64,000 nucleotides of DNA, from positions 4,684 to 68,683 of IMG/VR virus record IMGVR_UViG_3300011270_000007; one strand, written 5' to 3'. The DNA is from a virus. The position numbers and the translations under genes were made by a program. Positions 26,432 through 36,553 of this stretch are shown piece by piece (positions within the stretch are counted from its first letter, which is position 1; every line of letters starts with the position of its first letter). The notes beneath the pieces were generated by a model, which was not told the DNA's origin, ran no database searches, and was given only the letters and a program-made list of their open reading frames with translations.

Positions 26432-26944
26432 CTAACAAATTCCCTGCGTACCTAGAATATTAATTGGAAGGTCGTTAGGATCTTCTTTTAATGTTCCAAA
26501 CTTCTTGAAAATTCTCGGATCCAAAGGAGATTTTAAAGACTTTTCTATTTTACTCAATAATGGTCCACCAAGCTTATTGCTTAATTCCTTAACTTCAGGT
26601 ATTTGATTGTCTTCTGCCGTTTGAATACATAAATTACGATAAACATTCACGACAGTCTTAGGAATAACTACTAAGTTTTTGATATCATCTCCGGCCTTAA
26701 TTGAACTTTGGATAGATTGTTCCAAAGAATAATAAATATCAATAAATTGATCATCGATTTGACGATAAGAATCAAAGACTCCGACCATTTTCATCAATTT
26801 ATCATCATCGGCAAAATCTGACTTTAAAACAACTCCAAGTCGTAAAATAGTTTCTATCTTCCAAAGGCTTTTAAGCAAAGCTACTTCTTCTAGGGTTAAT
26901 TCAATACTGGACAATTTATTCAAGTCTATGTTCTTCATATCCAT
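26432..26944 (-). CDS. hypothetical protein
   Basis: ATG just downstream of a TATAAT element. Confidence 0.55.
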   Translation of the reverse strand: MDMKNIDLNKLSSIELTLEEVALLKSLWKIETILRLGVVLKSDFADDDKLMKMVGVFDSYRQIDDQFIDIYYSLEQSIQSSIKAGDDIKNLVVIPKTVVNVYRNLCIQTAEDNQIPEVKELSNKLGGPLLSKIEKSLKSPLDPRIFKKFGTLKEDPNDLPINILGTQGIC

Positions 26945-26963
26945 AATTATATCATAACCCAAA

Positions 26964-27010
26964 AATAAACCCCCGAGTTTCAACCTTATTGAGGGTTAAT
27001 TCCCGGGGGC
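26964..27010 (-). terminator. terminator-like hairpin after the tail tube gene
   Basis: CCCCCG...CGGGGG stem with U-rich tail on the - strand. Confidence 0.55.
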
Positions 27011-27044
27011 GGGCTCTCGCATGATCGCCAGTTTAATCTCTGCC

Positions 27045-27518
27045 TTATTGATAGTCTACAGCACCTTGATCTTCTTGTGGACCCGACTCGTCTTGTAACA
27101 CTGTCCCTTGAACTGTAACAGTTAAATCATGCAATGCTCTGGCGGCGCTGGTGGAGCTATATCCGGCCGGGCGACAACCGGTAACCAATAAAACAGTATT
27201 GCCGGTTTGACGATCCACCAAAGCCAATGAAAAATCATTGTGGTTTAACAAATTTTGAAGTTGTGGCACACCAGTAACGGCATACGGACCATTACCTACA
27301 ATCCTAAACCCCGTGAGGGTCAAGGAAATAGGATTCATGGCCGTATACACCAATTCCGCGGTATTATAACGACCGATCACAAATATCGGTTCCAAAGCAT
27401 AATCAACACCATAAGCGACACTGGCGAAAAGCCCCACCAACTGCATCTGACCCGAAATGGAATTTTCAATGTATAACTTAGCTCGTGCGCCTGTCAGGGT
27501 GCGGGCTCGAACAGCCAT
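27045..27518 (-). CDS. tail tube protein
   Basis: TLTGARAKL..VG...YALEPIFVIG..ELVY; downstream of the sheath. Confidence 0.85.
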   Translation of the reverse strand: MAVRARTLTGARAKLYIENSISGQMQLVGLFASVAYGVDYALEPIFVIGRYNTAELVYTAMNPISLTLTGFRIVGNGPYAVTGVPQLQNLLNHNDFSLALVDRQTGNTVLLVTGCRPAGYSSTSAARALHDLTVTVQGTVLQDESGPQEDQGAVDYQ

Positions 27519-27544
27519 AATAAAATTACCTCTATCCTAAAAGA

Positions 27545-28174
27545 TTACTCTTCTAAATATTTAAATGTATACCCCTTAATGGTTTTACGTTGTCCCTTAA
27601 GGATTCTCCAAATACAAGATTGTGATACATTTATTTTTAATGCAGCTTCGGGTTGAGTTTGATAAATATTACCGTATTGATCTTGAAATGGTTTGCCGCC
27701 TATAGATTTGGAAAGGTTTAATCGAGCTTCCATAGAAGCAGGTTTACCTTTATTCCAAGCCGGTTTGCCTTTTTTAGCTAAACTCATTTTTTGTCTAGTT
27801 TCTAATGAGACAAATTTCCCTTTTTGTTTTTCAGCTATTTTTCTTTTTGTTTCTTCAGATTTAGGAATACCGATCGCCGCACCAAGTCCACCTGGGGATA
27901 TATTAGTTAACCTACATCCAACATCTCTGAAATACTTTATCCAATAAATTTCAGCCGTATTTAAATCTTCTCGCCTATGCAATTCCTGAATAACTTGAAT
28001 ATATGGATTAAATCCTTCTTGTAATTCAGATTTAATCCATCTATCTTTATGCGTCTGATTTTTTAGTACACTAGGGCTGCAATGTCTTTGAAGTTTTGTG
28101 GCTATGTCTTCAACAGTTTGCCCCACATATCTCAATTCATGATTTTTACTACTAAATAATCCATAAATATACAT
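27545..28174 (-). CDS. GIY-YIG homing endonuclease with NUMOD3 and HTH/NUMOD1
   Basis: YIY..RYVGQT, EIYWI, LTN; KSEETKRKI / SLETRQKMS repeats. Confidence 0.9.
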   Translation of the reverse strand: MYIYGLFSSKNHELRYVGQTVEDIATKLQRHCSPSVLKNQTHKDRWIKSELQEGFNPYIQVIQELHRREDLNTAEIYWIKYFRDVGCRLTNISPGGLGAAIGIPKSEETKRKIAEKQKGKFVSLETRQKMSLAKKGKPAWNKGKPASMEARLNLSKSIGGKPFQDQYGNIYQTQPEAALKINVSQSCIWRILKGQRKTIKGYTFKYLEE

Positions 28175-28245
28175 CTTTGTATTATACCATAAAACTAAAT
28201 GACAGTAATTTCGTCAAAAACGTAATAAAATCAAATAGTTGGGAC

Positions 28246-31215
28246 TCAGAACGAGGCAGTTTGAATGGCGGGCGTTACCAACGCGGTAATGGGAATAAAG
28301 TAAATTAAACCAGCTAGCTTAACTTCCAATGATACCAAAGCACTTGGACCGCTGATCTGAACAGTTACGTTTTTAAAGCCTAGCGGGGCGTCGTCCGAAG
28401 CTGCAATCAACTTTAATTTCTTGAAGTCAGACATAATCACTGTAATCGCTGATAAGAAAATACCAGCCGAAACATCGGCAACTGATTGGCCCACAAACAT
28501 ATTTTCTAGACGTGTAGCCATCGTCAATGCAATGGTATCGGCCACATACATCGCCTGAAGACTGTTGTATACAAAGTTAGTATCAACACTGTAAGTCGTC
28601 TGATCTGAAATCCAACGAAAACCACCTGAGTCGGCGCGCTCGGCGGGCATTAAACCGTTCTGCAATGAATCTTCAACCTGAGTCAAAATCTGATCAGAAA
28701 AACTTCCGTCATTCATCAATATGCCACTGGTATTAATGAATTTCTTTACAACACCTTTGTAGAATCCAGCGGCTTGCATCGAAGCGGCAGCTACCGCACC
28801 CATGTGTGGACCAAATTGGACAATATTGCCCGATGAATCCAAGAATTTGAAATCTTGAAATACCATGCTTACGCGCTGTGAAGCCAAATTGGTTGAAGCC
28901 AACTTTGCATTGGTAAATGAAGTACGCTTCGCTACCAATGCTTGACGATTACGGCGGCGCTTAATTTGAGAAAGTGCCAACACATGAGTCTTGCACGCAG
29001 CATTAATTGCATCAATAGTGTAAGTCGAACTAGGGTCGGTAAATGCAAATGTAATATCAGTTGTAGAGTCTTGAGAAAACAATGGAATCAAAAAATTACC
29101 CTTGACCTTTTCTAAAGCCAACAAAGCGCCGGTCACTTGAGCGTTAGAAGTACCGCCCTTGGCTCCACCAGAATAAAATGTAATTGACTGAACGTCAGGC
29201 AATCCCGCTGCGGCAGCGGTGATCACTGGGGGACCCAATGTCACGTTAGTCGGATTAAGCATCGAAATAACGCTAGTAGACAATCTTTGAAATAATCTCC
29301 AGGCATCCCGCTTCCAACGACCAGGAGAAGCTCCTAACTGCGAAGCGATGTTCAAAGTAACGCGATCCAATACCGTCTGAGTATTGCCAACGTTATCAAA
29401 ATATGTAGTCAACTGTTGGCCAAACAATGTGCTGCTCACAACACAGGTGTACCCAGTCTGAGTACTCAAGAATGTAACCAAATCGTTAATTGTCTTGTAA
29501 CGAGCCAAATTGACGGTTAAATTAGAACCATTACCTCCAACTACGGTTGTGGTTAAAGTCGGAATACCATTGACGTTGGCAATATTGGCTGTTCCGCTAA
29601 CGCCACTTGCGCCACCGCCATTGTATCCCAATGATAAAACAATATCGCCACCAGCCGTAACAACTTCCGCAATATTATCAAAAGAACGGTTGTTGGTCAA
29701 TTGAACACTATATTCGGTAGTGCTGGTTAATAAGTTAGGAACAGTTGAAGTAGACAAAAATGTTACAAAAACACCAGCAGTAGTATAAAGCTGCAAACTG
29801 ATATTCTCAACGCCACCGCCATCATAAATTTCAAGCGCCTTGCCTGCGCCGTCGATCGCTGGACGAAACAACTGCAAGTCGGTTGTAGCAACCAATACGG
29901 TAGCACCAAAACTTGCTGGAAGACCGTTACTCAAACGAGTCAAAGTGACCGTGCTTGCACCGGCAGTTAAACCAGTTGTAGCTGAAACCACTGAATACCA
30001 TCCACCGTTGGTAGCTGGAGTAAAACCAGCCGGAGCGGTTGAAGGCATTAACAATAAATCGCCAGCTTGTGGGACCGCAGGCCAGTTGTTGCCAGTCCCA
30101 AGCGTCAAAACTAAAGTTGATCCAGTAGCAGTACCAGTAATAGTCTGGCCAACCAAACCAGCCGTCACCAATGAACGATTGGTTCCGCTGGCATTATTAA
30201 CGATAATTGGAGAATAAACCTGTAAATCATTAGTAACCGAAACGATAACAACTGCCGCTACGTTAACCGGGTTAACCAAAGCGCCAGTAAGATAGTGACG
30301 AAGCTTAGTGGCCGTAACAGTCGTTGTAGTTGCACCCGTAACTACGTACGCACCAGCATTAACAGTAGACGTACCCACTATTACCGAGTTAGCCCCAGCA
30401 CCATATTCACCACTGGCTGGAATCAAAAGCGTATCGCCTACAACCGGAATTGTAGCCCAAGCAGTCAAAGTACCCGTACCCAATGTAATCACAACCGATG
30501 CGCCAGTAGCAGCCACTGCCAAAGTATTGCCGCCACCAAAACCAGTAATTACGTTACGGTTAACTCCACCGGTTGCATTTAATGTATTTAGTCCAGCTAA
30601 CACCGAGCTATTTAATGTCGTGTTGGATGCAGAAGTTACAGATCCAACTAAAGCAGCAGGAGAAGTAAAGGCGGCCACCGAAATAGACTGTTGAGCTTGA
30701 CCATTGACCCTAAATGCTAAAGTAGCTGCGGTAGGAGAAGGGATTAAAGTGAAAGCGCCGGTCGTTGGAGCAACTTCTGATGTAAAAGCACTTACGGTTG
30801 TATTGATTAAATTTCCAAGATCGCCAAAACTTCTGTCAGCAATGGTAGCATAAGCAGTCAGCCCTTGACGAACCAAAGCGGTAGTCGCCTTGACTGAAAC
30901 ATTGGTTTTAGCAACAAAAATTCTATTAGGTCCACCCTGAATACTTGGATCCGATGAAGCCGAAGCGGCAATCCTAAACGCATCTACAATCGGTCCACTC
31001 TTGTACTTGGCGACAACCGCCGTCAGACCATCTGGTCCAAATGAATTGGTGGTAATATCTGCTTCAAGCGTATAATCTGGCCCTTGATTTGCTTCCCCCA
31101 CAAGCATCAATACGCCAGTAGTAGAAAATCCAGCATTGGCCTTTGCAACCTGGAGATCAACGTAAGCTCCAGGAACCGCTGTAGTAAATGATGCGGTAGT
31201 TACTTGTTGCGGCAT
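28246..31215 (-). CDS. tail sheath protein with large insertion
   Basis: PGAY N-terminus, LVGEANQG, C-terminal sheath domain; upstream of the tube. Confidence 0.9.
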   Translation of the reverse strand: MPQQVTTASFTTAVPGAYVDLQVAKANAGFSTTGVLMLVGEANQGPDYTLEADITTNSFGPDGLTAVVAKYKSGPIVDAFRIAASASSDPSIQGGPNRIFVAKTNVSVKATTALVRQGLTAYATIADRSFGDLGNLINTTVSAFTSEVAPTTGAFTLIPSPTAATLAFRVNGQAQQSISVAAFTSPAALVGSVTSASNTTLNSSVLAGLNTLNATGGVNRNVITGFGGGNTLAVAATGASVVITLGTGTLTAWATIPVVGDTLLIPASGEYGAGANSVIVGTSTVNAGAYVVTGATTTTVTATKLRHYLTGALVNPVNVAAVVIVSVTNDLQVYSPIIVNNASGTNRSLVTAGLVGQTITGTATGSTLVLTLGTGNNWPAVPQAGDLLLMPSTAPAGFTPATNGGWYSVVSATTGLTAGASTVTLTRLSNGLPASFGATVLVATTDLQLFRPAIDGAGKALEIYDGGGVENISLQLYTTAGVFVTFLSTSTVPNLLTSTTEYSVQLTNNRSFDNIAEVVTAGGDIVLSLGYNGGGASGVSGTANIANVNGIPTLTTTVVGGNGSNLTVNLARYKTINDLVTFLSTQTGYTCVVSSTLFGQQLTTYFDNVGNTQTVLDRVTLNIASQLGASPGRWKRDAWRLFQRLSTSVISMLNPTNVTLGPPVITAAAAGLPDVQSITFYSGGAKGGTSNAQVTGALLALEKVKGNFLIPLFSQDSTTDITFAFTDPSSTYTIDAINAACKTHVLALSQIKRRRNRQALVAKRTSFTNAKLASTNLASQRVSMVFQDFKFLDSSGNIVQFGPHMGAVAAASMQAAGFYKGVVKKFINTSGILMNDGSFSDQILTQVEDSLQNGLMPAERADSGGFRWISDQTTYSVDTNFVYNSLQAMYVADTIALTMATRLENMFVGQSVADVSAGIFLSAITVIMSDFKKLKLIAASDDAPLGFKNVTVQISGPSALVSLEVKLAGLIYFIPITALVTPAIQTASF

Positions 31216-31246
31216 GAACTTCTCCTAAATAATCCTTAGATAAAGA

Positions 31247-33016
31247 TTAGGGTTTATCCTTTTCACTCATAGCCAATGGCGGCGTTCCATTACCATTCTT
31301 CTTAGTGTAATAAGAATCGATTTTTGACATATCCTTAGCTAATTCAGACTTGTTCCATTTACCTCGGGGCATGAATTCTTTGTACTGAGCATTTTGCGAT
31401 GGCATTTTCATCGATTGTTGTGCCCCAGGCATTTTCATATTTTTAGATTGACCGGTCTGAGACAATGCTGGCATCGCCGGAGTTTTAGTCATAGAAGGCT
31501 GAGCAAAGGTCGCTGGTGCTGGATTCATTGACATCGCCCCCTTAGCTATTTTACCTTTTTCAGGTTTAAGAGCCGATCCAGATGGCGTATCGTTTTTCAA
31601 TGGGATGGCACGACCCGATCCGCTTGGATGTAAATCTAGCTTTTTGCCCTTATCTGATTTTTCTTCAGCTTTTTTATTTTGTTCGTAAGGAACTTTATTG
31701 ATATCACCAGCCATTGATTCACGAGCCTTAGAGTCAGTTTCAGCCCATTTCTTTACATTTGTATCTTTTTCGGGTTTCAAAGCTGAGCCGGTCGGTGTAT
31801 CGTTTTTAAGTGGGATGGCCCTGCCTGATCCACTTGGATGTAAATCTAATTCCTTACCCTTATCGCAACCTTCTTCCCCTTTGGCGTAAACATATCCATC
31901 TTCTTTATAATTTGATAACTTTGCTTTTCTTTCAGGTCTAACCTCACCGCCAGAACCATGGTTACCAGCGGGATCAGTTGCTTTAACTTCTTCTTTCTCG
32001 AAATGATCCTTGCCTTCTTTGTAATTTTTAGGCTTTTTGATCGAAACTTCTGGCTTGATTGGCCCACCCGATCCAGTTTTCTTGATTTCAATTTTCTGGA
32101 TTGGTTTATCGCCCGTTAGAACAGATCCTTTTACCTGAGAATCACGTTCTTTGAGTTCATCGGCAGTGCCCTTATTTATATCGAGAGCCTGTTTGCCCAA
32201 AATCTGAAATACGGTACGCGGACCTTGCTCACGAGCTAATTGAGCATTGGATTGAGTCTTACCCGGAAGACCGAAAATAGCCTTACGGATAATACCCGGA
32301 CGAGGCAAATTAGATTTAACTGATCGAAATCGTTGAGCTAGATCTTTACCCGCTTCGCCTGCTTCAGATGGAGTAGCTGGTACCCCTTTAAGTCCCCCCA
32401 CGCCGTGTTCAGAACTAGGGGCTCCAGGATTAGGTGGATTGACGCCTTGTTTTGAATAGTGGGTAATACTATCATGTGGGTCACCGCCATGAGCCGCACT
32501 TGGGAGTAAACGTTGTTCCGCTTTCTTAGTTTCAGCGGGAATCGGATGCTTATCTCCAACCCCTTCATGGGGCTTTACTTTTGTGGCCGGATTTTCGACA
32601 AAATGGTCTGTACTAGCTTTAAAAACATCTCCCAAAGCAGACTTAGATATATCTTCATTTTTTTTGGTTCCTTTTTGGTTGCTGATTTTCCACGCCGTTG
32701 CATACGCTTTTGCTTTGCCTTCTTTGTCATGGCCATACTGATCCTTTAGTTTGTGTATCAATTTTTCATCAACATCGGGTGGAGTAACCTTAGAAAGGTC
32801 AGAGCCTTCGCCTTCTTTCTTTTGCAATTCAACTAATTTTTCAAGATAATCTGTAATACGGTCACGAACCGCCTGTTTCACGGCCAAAGCAGCTTCTTGG
32901 GGGGTAAACTTTTCATTTTTAAGTAATTTCTTTCGTTTTTCGAGATCCTCTCGAAGTGCAGTACCCAACGCTTTAACTACTTCTCTGGCGTCCTTGGGCT
33001 TGGTTGAGTCCGGCAT
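31247..33016 (-). CDS. low-complexity Lys-rich putative internal head protein
   Basis: Disordered, recurring xxK[SAV] motifs, internal duplication. Confidence 0.65.
   Translation of the reverse strand: MPDSTKPKDAREVVKALGTALREDLEKRKKLLKNEKFTPQEAALAVKQAVRDRITDYLEKLVELQKKEGEGSDLSKVTPPDVDEKLIHKLKDQYGHDKEGKAKAYATAWKISNQKGTKKNEDISKSALGDVFKASTDHFVENPATKVKPHEGVGDKHPIPAETKKAEQRLLPSAAHGGDPHDSITHYSKQGVNPPNPGAPSSEHGVGGLKGVPATPSEAGEAGKDLAQRFRSVKSNLPRPGIIRKAIFGLPGKTQSNAQLAREQGPRTVFQILGKQALDINKGTADELKERDSQVKGSVLTGDKPIQKIEIKKTGSGGPIKPEVSIKKPKNYKEGKDHFEKEEVKATDPAGNHGSGGEVRPERKAKLSNYKEDGYVYAKGEEGCDKGKELDLHPSGSGRAIPLKNDTPTGSALKPEKDTNVKKWAETDSKARESMAGDINKVPYEQNKKAEEKSDKGKKLDLHPSGSGRAIPLKNDTPSGSALKPEKGKIAKGAMSMNPAPATFAQPSMTKTPAMPALSQTGQSKNMKMPGAQQSMKMPSQNAQYKEFMPRGKWNKSELAKDMSKIDSYYTKKNGNGTPPLAMSEKDKP
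31557..31864 (-). repeat. 33-aa internal duplication
   Basis: DKGK(E/K)LDLHPSGSGRAIPLKNDTP(T/S)GSALKPEK at about 31767-31864 and 31557-31654. Confidence 0.9.
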
Positions 33017-33058
33017 GTTTATCTCCTAAACGAAACTACCTAGAAAGATTAGTATTAA

Positions 33059-34066
33059 TTAAATAATTGTACCAATGGGATCAGCTGACATAATCCAGCC
33101 AGCCAATTCCTGTTGTGTTAACAAATTGGCAGGAGTCGCTGTACCTCCGATTATCTTCACTTGCAATCCGATACCCTGCACTTCCTGCGAAATCAACTTA
33201 GGCCAATAATGGCGCACCATGCCAGTTATTGTCACGTCACGAGCCCACAAAACATCAGGATTAGGCTGCCCCTTGTTTCGTTCAGCAAAATACAGTGGTC
33301 CAGACGATACGGTCATGTTTTCAAAACCACGACCTTCAAATAATTGCTGTTTATACCTTAAGAGAATAAATAACAATAATTGTTCCAAATAAAGGGCATA
33401 AATAGCATCATTTTCAGCAAAAATCTTCAAAGCAAATGTTTGCTTCATCCAAATGCCTTCCAAGGTCACTATGTAAAAGTTCTCGATAGGAGCAATTACT
33501 GCATTGCTGAAATTAGCCGTTACATTAGGTGCAATAACGATCTGGTTAGTCGCATCGTACACATCTGTAATTGGATATCCGGTATTGGTGGTTTGATCGA
33601 GTAAAATCTGGTTTTTAAAGATACCGCTGGTAGTCACGCTAGAAGGTAAAGTGACAATACCGGTACTTGATACAAATGAAACAGGAGTAAATGGACCGAC
33701 AATCGGCTGCGGATTAATGGTAATGTCAGTTATCGGGATTTTTTCTTGAACATCATAGTTAACATCACCTAAAGTAGGAGATTGTTCCACCGACGATTGT
33801 AAAACTATGGCAATTTGAGGATATCGAACGTCATCAGTTCGATAATTCATGCTAACATTGATGTTGGTATTTAAAAGCCACTTTTTAGCTCGATCGAATT
33901 CAGATTTTCCGTAAGCATTAGTCGTCAAATCATCATTCAATAGCCATTGCAGCACATAATCCAATAAAAATGAATTACCTTGAATGTCAGCAATAGCCGC
34001 TTCAATGCCACTTTTGATAATTAAATCAGATGGAGCGATACCATAAGTTGATGGCGAAATTATCAC
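33059..34066 (-). CDS. tail terminator/completion protein
   Basis: YPQIAIVLQSSVEQ..LGD; position before the sheath. Confidence 0.6.
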   Translation of the reverse strand: MIISPSTYGIAPSDLIIKSGIEAAIADIQGNSFLLDYVLQWLLNDDLTTNAYGKSEFDRAKKWLLNTNINVSMNYRTDDVRYPQIAIVLQSSVEQSPTLGDVNYDVQEKIPITDITINPQPIVGPFTPVSFVSSTGIVTLPSSVTTSGIFKNQILLDQTTNTGYPITDVYDATNQIVIAPNVTANFSNAVIAPIENFYIVTLEGIWMKQTFALKIFAENDAIYALYLEQLLLFILLRYKQQLFEGRGFENMTVSSGPLYFAERNKGQPNPDVLWARDVTITGMVRHYWPKLISQEVQGIGLQVKIIGGTATPANLLTQQELAGWIMSADPIGTII

Positions 34067-34119
34067 TGGAAGTGTATCCCTAAAAACATAATCTAATTGT
34101 TATAAAGGTTAATGTTTTT

Positions 34120-34410
34120 ATGTTTATGGAATACGATAAGCTCGTTTCGCTTTACACTCCCAACCAGCTAGGCACATTTCTACATCAACTAATAGAAACA
34201 CATAAAAAAGAAATTAAAGACAAAGATGCCGTTGAACGAGCTAAAAATAGCTGGATCAAGGCAACTTCTCTAAAAGTACTAGGATTTATTGATACGGAAG
34301 CTAAAAAATTCGTCGATGGTTATCCTAAAAATCAAATTTCAGCCAAAGACATAACCAACGCACTATCCAACGCGATCAACTTGGTACTAAAATCTCAAAA
34401 ATTAACCTAG
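34120..34410 (+). CDS. hypothetical protein
   Basis: Fills the intergenic gap on the opposite strand. Confidence 0.5.
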   Translation: MFMEYDKLVSLYTPNQLGTFLHQLIETHKKEIKDKDAVERAKNSWIKATSLKVLGFIDTEAKKFVDGYPKNQISAKDITNALSNAINLVLKSQKLT

Positions 34411-35205
34411 TCCAAGTTCTTTGAGTATTGACGGCTTAACCGAATTATGCCATTCCCGTGCAGCGAAGTCTAAACCGTCATCAAGCAACCCTTTGCCCTC
34501 TACTCCTGGATGAATCCATAGCTGGCCTGACTGCTTTGCAGAAGCTGTGCGAAATGTCATGATATCTTTTTGAACAAACAAAGCTCCCTTTTTGTCCATT
34601 ACTTCTTTCTGGTAAATATTGATACCCCACAAATATGGACGACCCGTAGGACCACGCATGTCTGCTGGTTTATTCAAATTTAAACGTCCTACCAAGCCTA
34701 GTTTATTAGTACCATCATAATTCTTCTGAAGTTTGCCATAACTAGCAATTTTACCCCCGGAAATCTTGGATTGTCTTTTCAACTCAGCTCTAATGGTATC
34801 ACTTAAAATTTTCTGTTTAGGGGTTTGAGCCGATGGCGGTTTATTGTGTTTAAATGGAATCACTAAATATTTACCATCGCCACTTCCCTTAGCCTTAGGA
34901 CTACGCAAAAATCCTGGCAACATGTCAAAACCAGACGGAATGCCATTGTCAACCCATACCGCTTTTTTCAACAATTCAATCTCCCACCAGATTGGTTCAT
35001 CTAATTTTTTAGGAGGCAACAAGTTATCAATAAAAAGCTGTCTAGAGCTATGGAGCTTATGCTGTGCTTCCTCTAAGATATGAGTGTGAGTCGCTTCAGC
35101 TAAACCATGGATCTCGCGCTCAATTATTTCTTGAGCCTTTTCAAATTGCTCAAATTGCGTTAGGATATCGGAAATATCCAGGTGTAGCTCAAGAATGCTC
35201 GCCAT
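34402..35205 (-). CDS. neck/head-tail protein
   Basis: KLHSSR..F, FDMLPG, YLVIPFKH, MTFRTAS, WIHPG. Confidence 0.7.
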   Translation of the reverse strand: MASILELHLDISDILTQFEQFEKAQEIIEREIHGLAEATHTHILEEAQHKLHSSRQLFIDNLLPPKKLDEPIWWEIELLKKAVWVDNGIPSGFDMLPGFLRSPKAKGSGDGKYLVIPFKHNKPPSAQTPKQKILSDTIRAELKRQSKISGGKIASYGKLQKNYDGTNKLGLVGRLNLNKPADMRGPTGRPYLWGINIYQKEVMDKKGALFVQKDIMTFRTASAKQSGQLWIHPGVEGKGLLDDGLDFAAREWHNSVKPSILKELGLG

Positions 35206-35963
35206 TAGTCTTCTTTATCCCTGGCATGGCCTTCGGCCAATAAAATCATCGCATCGATTAGCTTTTTAATCGCATCATAGCTCTTAGGATTGAGTTCTTT
35301 TAGTCGGGCGATATTAGGAGCATGTTGTTTGATTTGCATCAAAGCCTCAATAATCTTTTGCCTTGGTGGAATTGGCATTTTGATATCTTGTTTAGCTTTG
35401 ACTTGGCCATGCTCCAGATGATGCAATTCGCCTTGAGCTGGACGATCCTTGTATGATACCTGATTTGGCATCTTAGAACTTATCATTGTTGGCTTTTGTG
35501 GATCACCTTCTAATTCAAGGTTAGGGAAATCTAAATTATACTTAGGTTCGCCCACTTCCGCTTTTTCCACTTCATCCCACTCAAATGAGGATTCGGAATC
35601 ATCATCAGAATAAACTACCAACTTATGCTCTGGACCAGCCTTATCTAACGCTTTTTGAGCTTCCAATGGAGTCGTGCCCACCCCCACCCAAAAGTCAACC
35701 CCACTGGTTCTCTTGTACTTATCAACTACGTCTGAAACCTCGCTCACCCGATCGATCGGAATTTCTAAACCTAAGACATTGCCAAAACCCAACACTACAT
35801 TACCGGTGACTTGGCCAGCCCAATTCTTTAAGTCACAAAAAGCCTGTTCAAGGGGCTGCGAAACACTTCTTAATTCTCCAGCATTATCCTGACTAATTGC
35901 ATAATATAATGTTTTGTCTAAATCGCCAGGAACGATAAAGATATAAGCATTCTGTTGTTCCAT
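35205..35963 (-). CDS. degenerate mCpol (minimal CRISPR polymerase)-like domain protein
   Basis: PGDLDK...GNVVLGFGN...VGVGTTPLEAQKALDKA pattern; catalytic Asp motifs altered. Confidence 0.55.
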   Translation of the reverse strand: MEQQNAYIFIVPGDLDKTLYYAISQDNAGELRSVSQPLEQAFCDLKNWAGQVTGNVVLGFGNVLGLEIPIDRVSEVSDVVDKYKRTSGVDFWVGVGTTPLEAQKALDKAGPEHKLVVYSDDDSESSFEWDEVEKAEVGEPKYNLDFPNLELEGDPQKPTMISSKMPNQVSYKDRPAQGELHHLEHGQVKAKQDIKMPIPPRQKIIEALMQIKQHAPNIARLKELNPKSYDAIKKLIDAMILLAEGHARDKED

Positions 35964-36015
35964 GATTAAAAAAGGTTGCTATTTTCGGCACTTTAAGCTA
36001 CAATCTTATAATATT

Positions 36016-36195
36016 ATGTCAGATCAACAATTCAACACGTTAATGCATCTTACCAGAGATAGGCTAACCAAAATATCTAACGATTTAAAGAATATTACGA
36101 ACAAATCTCAATGGTCTGAAACAGAAGTATTTTTAATTGAAGATCTATCAATTCAAATAGAGCGAGTTATTGAGTTGATCGTTGTGCTGGTATAA
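36016..36195 (+). CDS. small hypothetical protein
   Basis: ATG 8 nt after an AATCTT motif. Confidence 0.45.
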   Translation: MSDQQFNTLMHLTRDRLTKISNDLKNITNKSQWSETEVFLIEDLSIQIERVIELIVVLV

Positions 36196-36553
36196 ACTCA
36201 TCTGAATCATGGGCAGTAGTATTGAGATCTAAGTCCTCATCCGGTTTTTGCGCAGCAATTTCTGCCGGAACCGGATTCAGGTGGTTAAGTCCTAAGGCTC
36301 CCATGTGTAAAACATACAGTAAATAATGCTTTTGAGCTTCTTTCATTTTACCATGTGCTTTACTTTGAGTGATGCCGACTAAGTGATAAGCAGCCCCTTT
36401 AGCATGGTTTAAACGCTTATATTTGGCATATGCGGCCTTTTCTGATGCCTCCCTATCCAATCCCTCTCCCTTTTCAAATACAGCCGCACTACGCTCCAAA
36501 TCGTACCGATCGTGCGATTTGATAATTTGATAACGATCAAGCCATTTTTCCAT
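36167..36553 (-). CDS. hypothetical protein
   Basis: ERSAAVFEKGEGLDREASEKAA resembles a recurrent ERAAI.E..GL.R.EAE motif. Confidence 0.6.
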   Translation of the reverse strand: MEKWLDRYQIIKSHDRYDLERSAAVFEKGEGLDREASEKAAYAKYKRLNHAKGAAYHLVGITQSKAHGKMKEAQKHYLLYVLHMGALGLNHLNPVPAEIAAQKPDEDLDLNTTAHDSDEFIPAQRSTQ

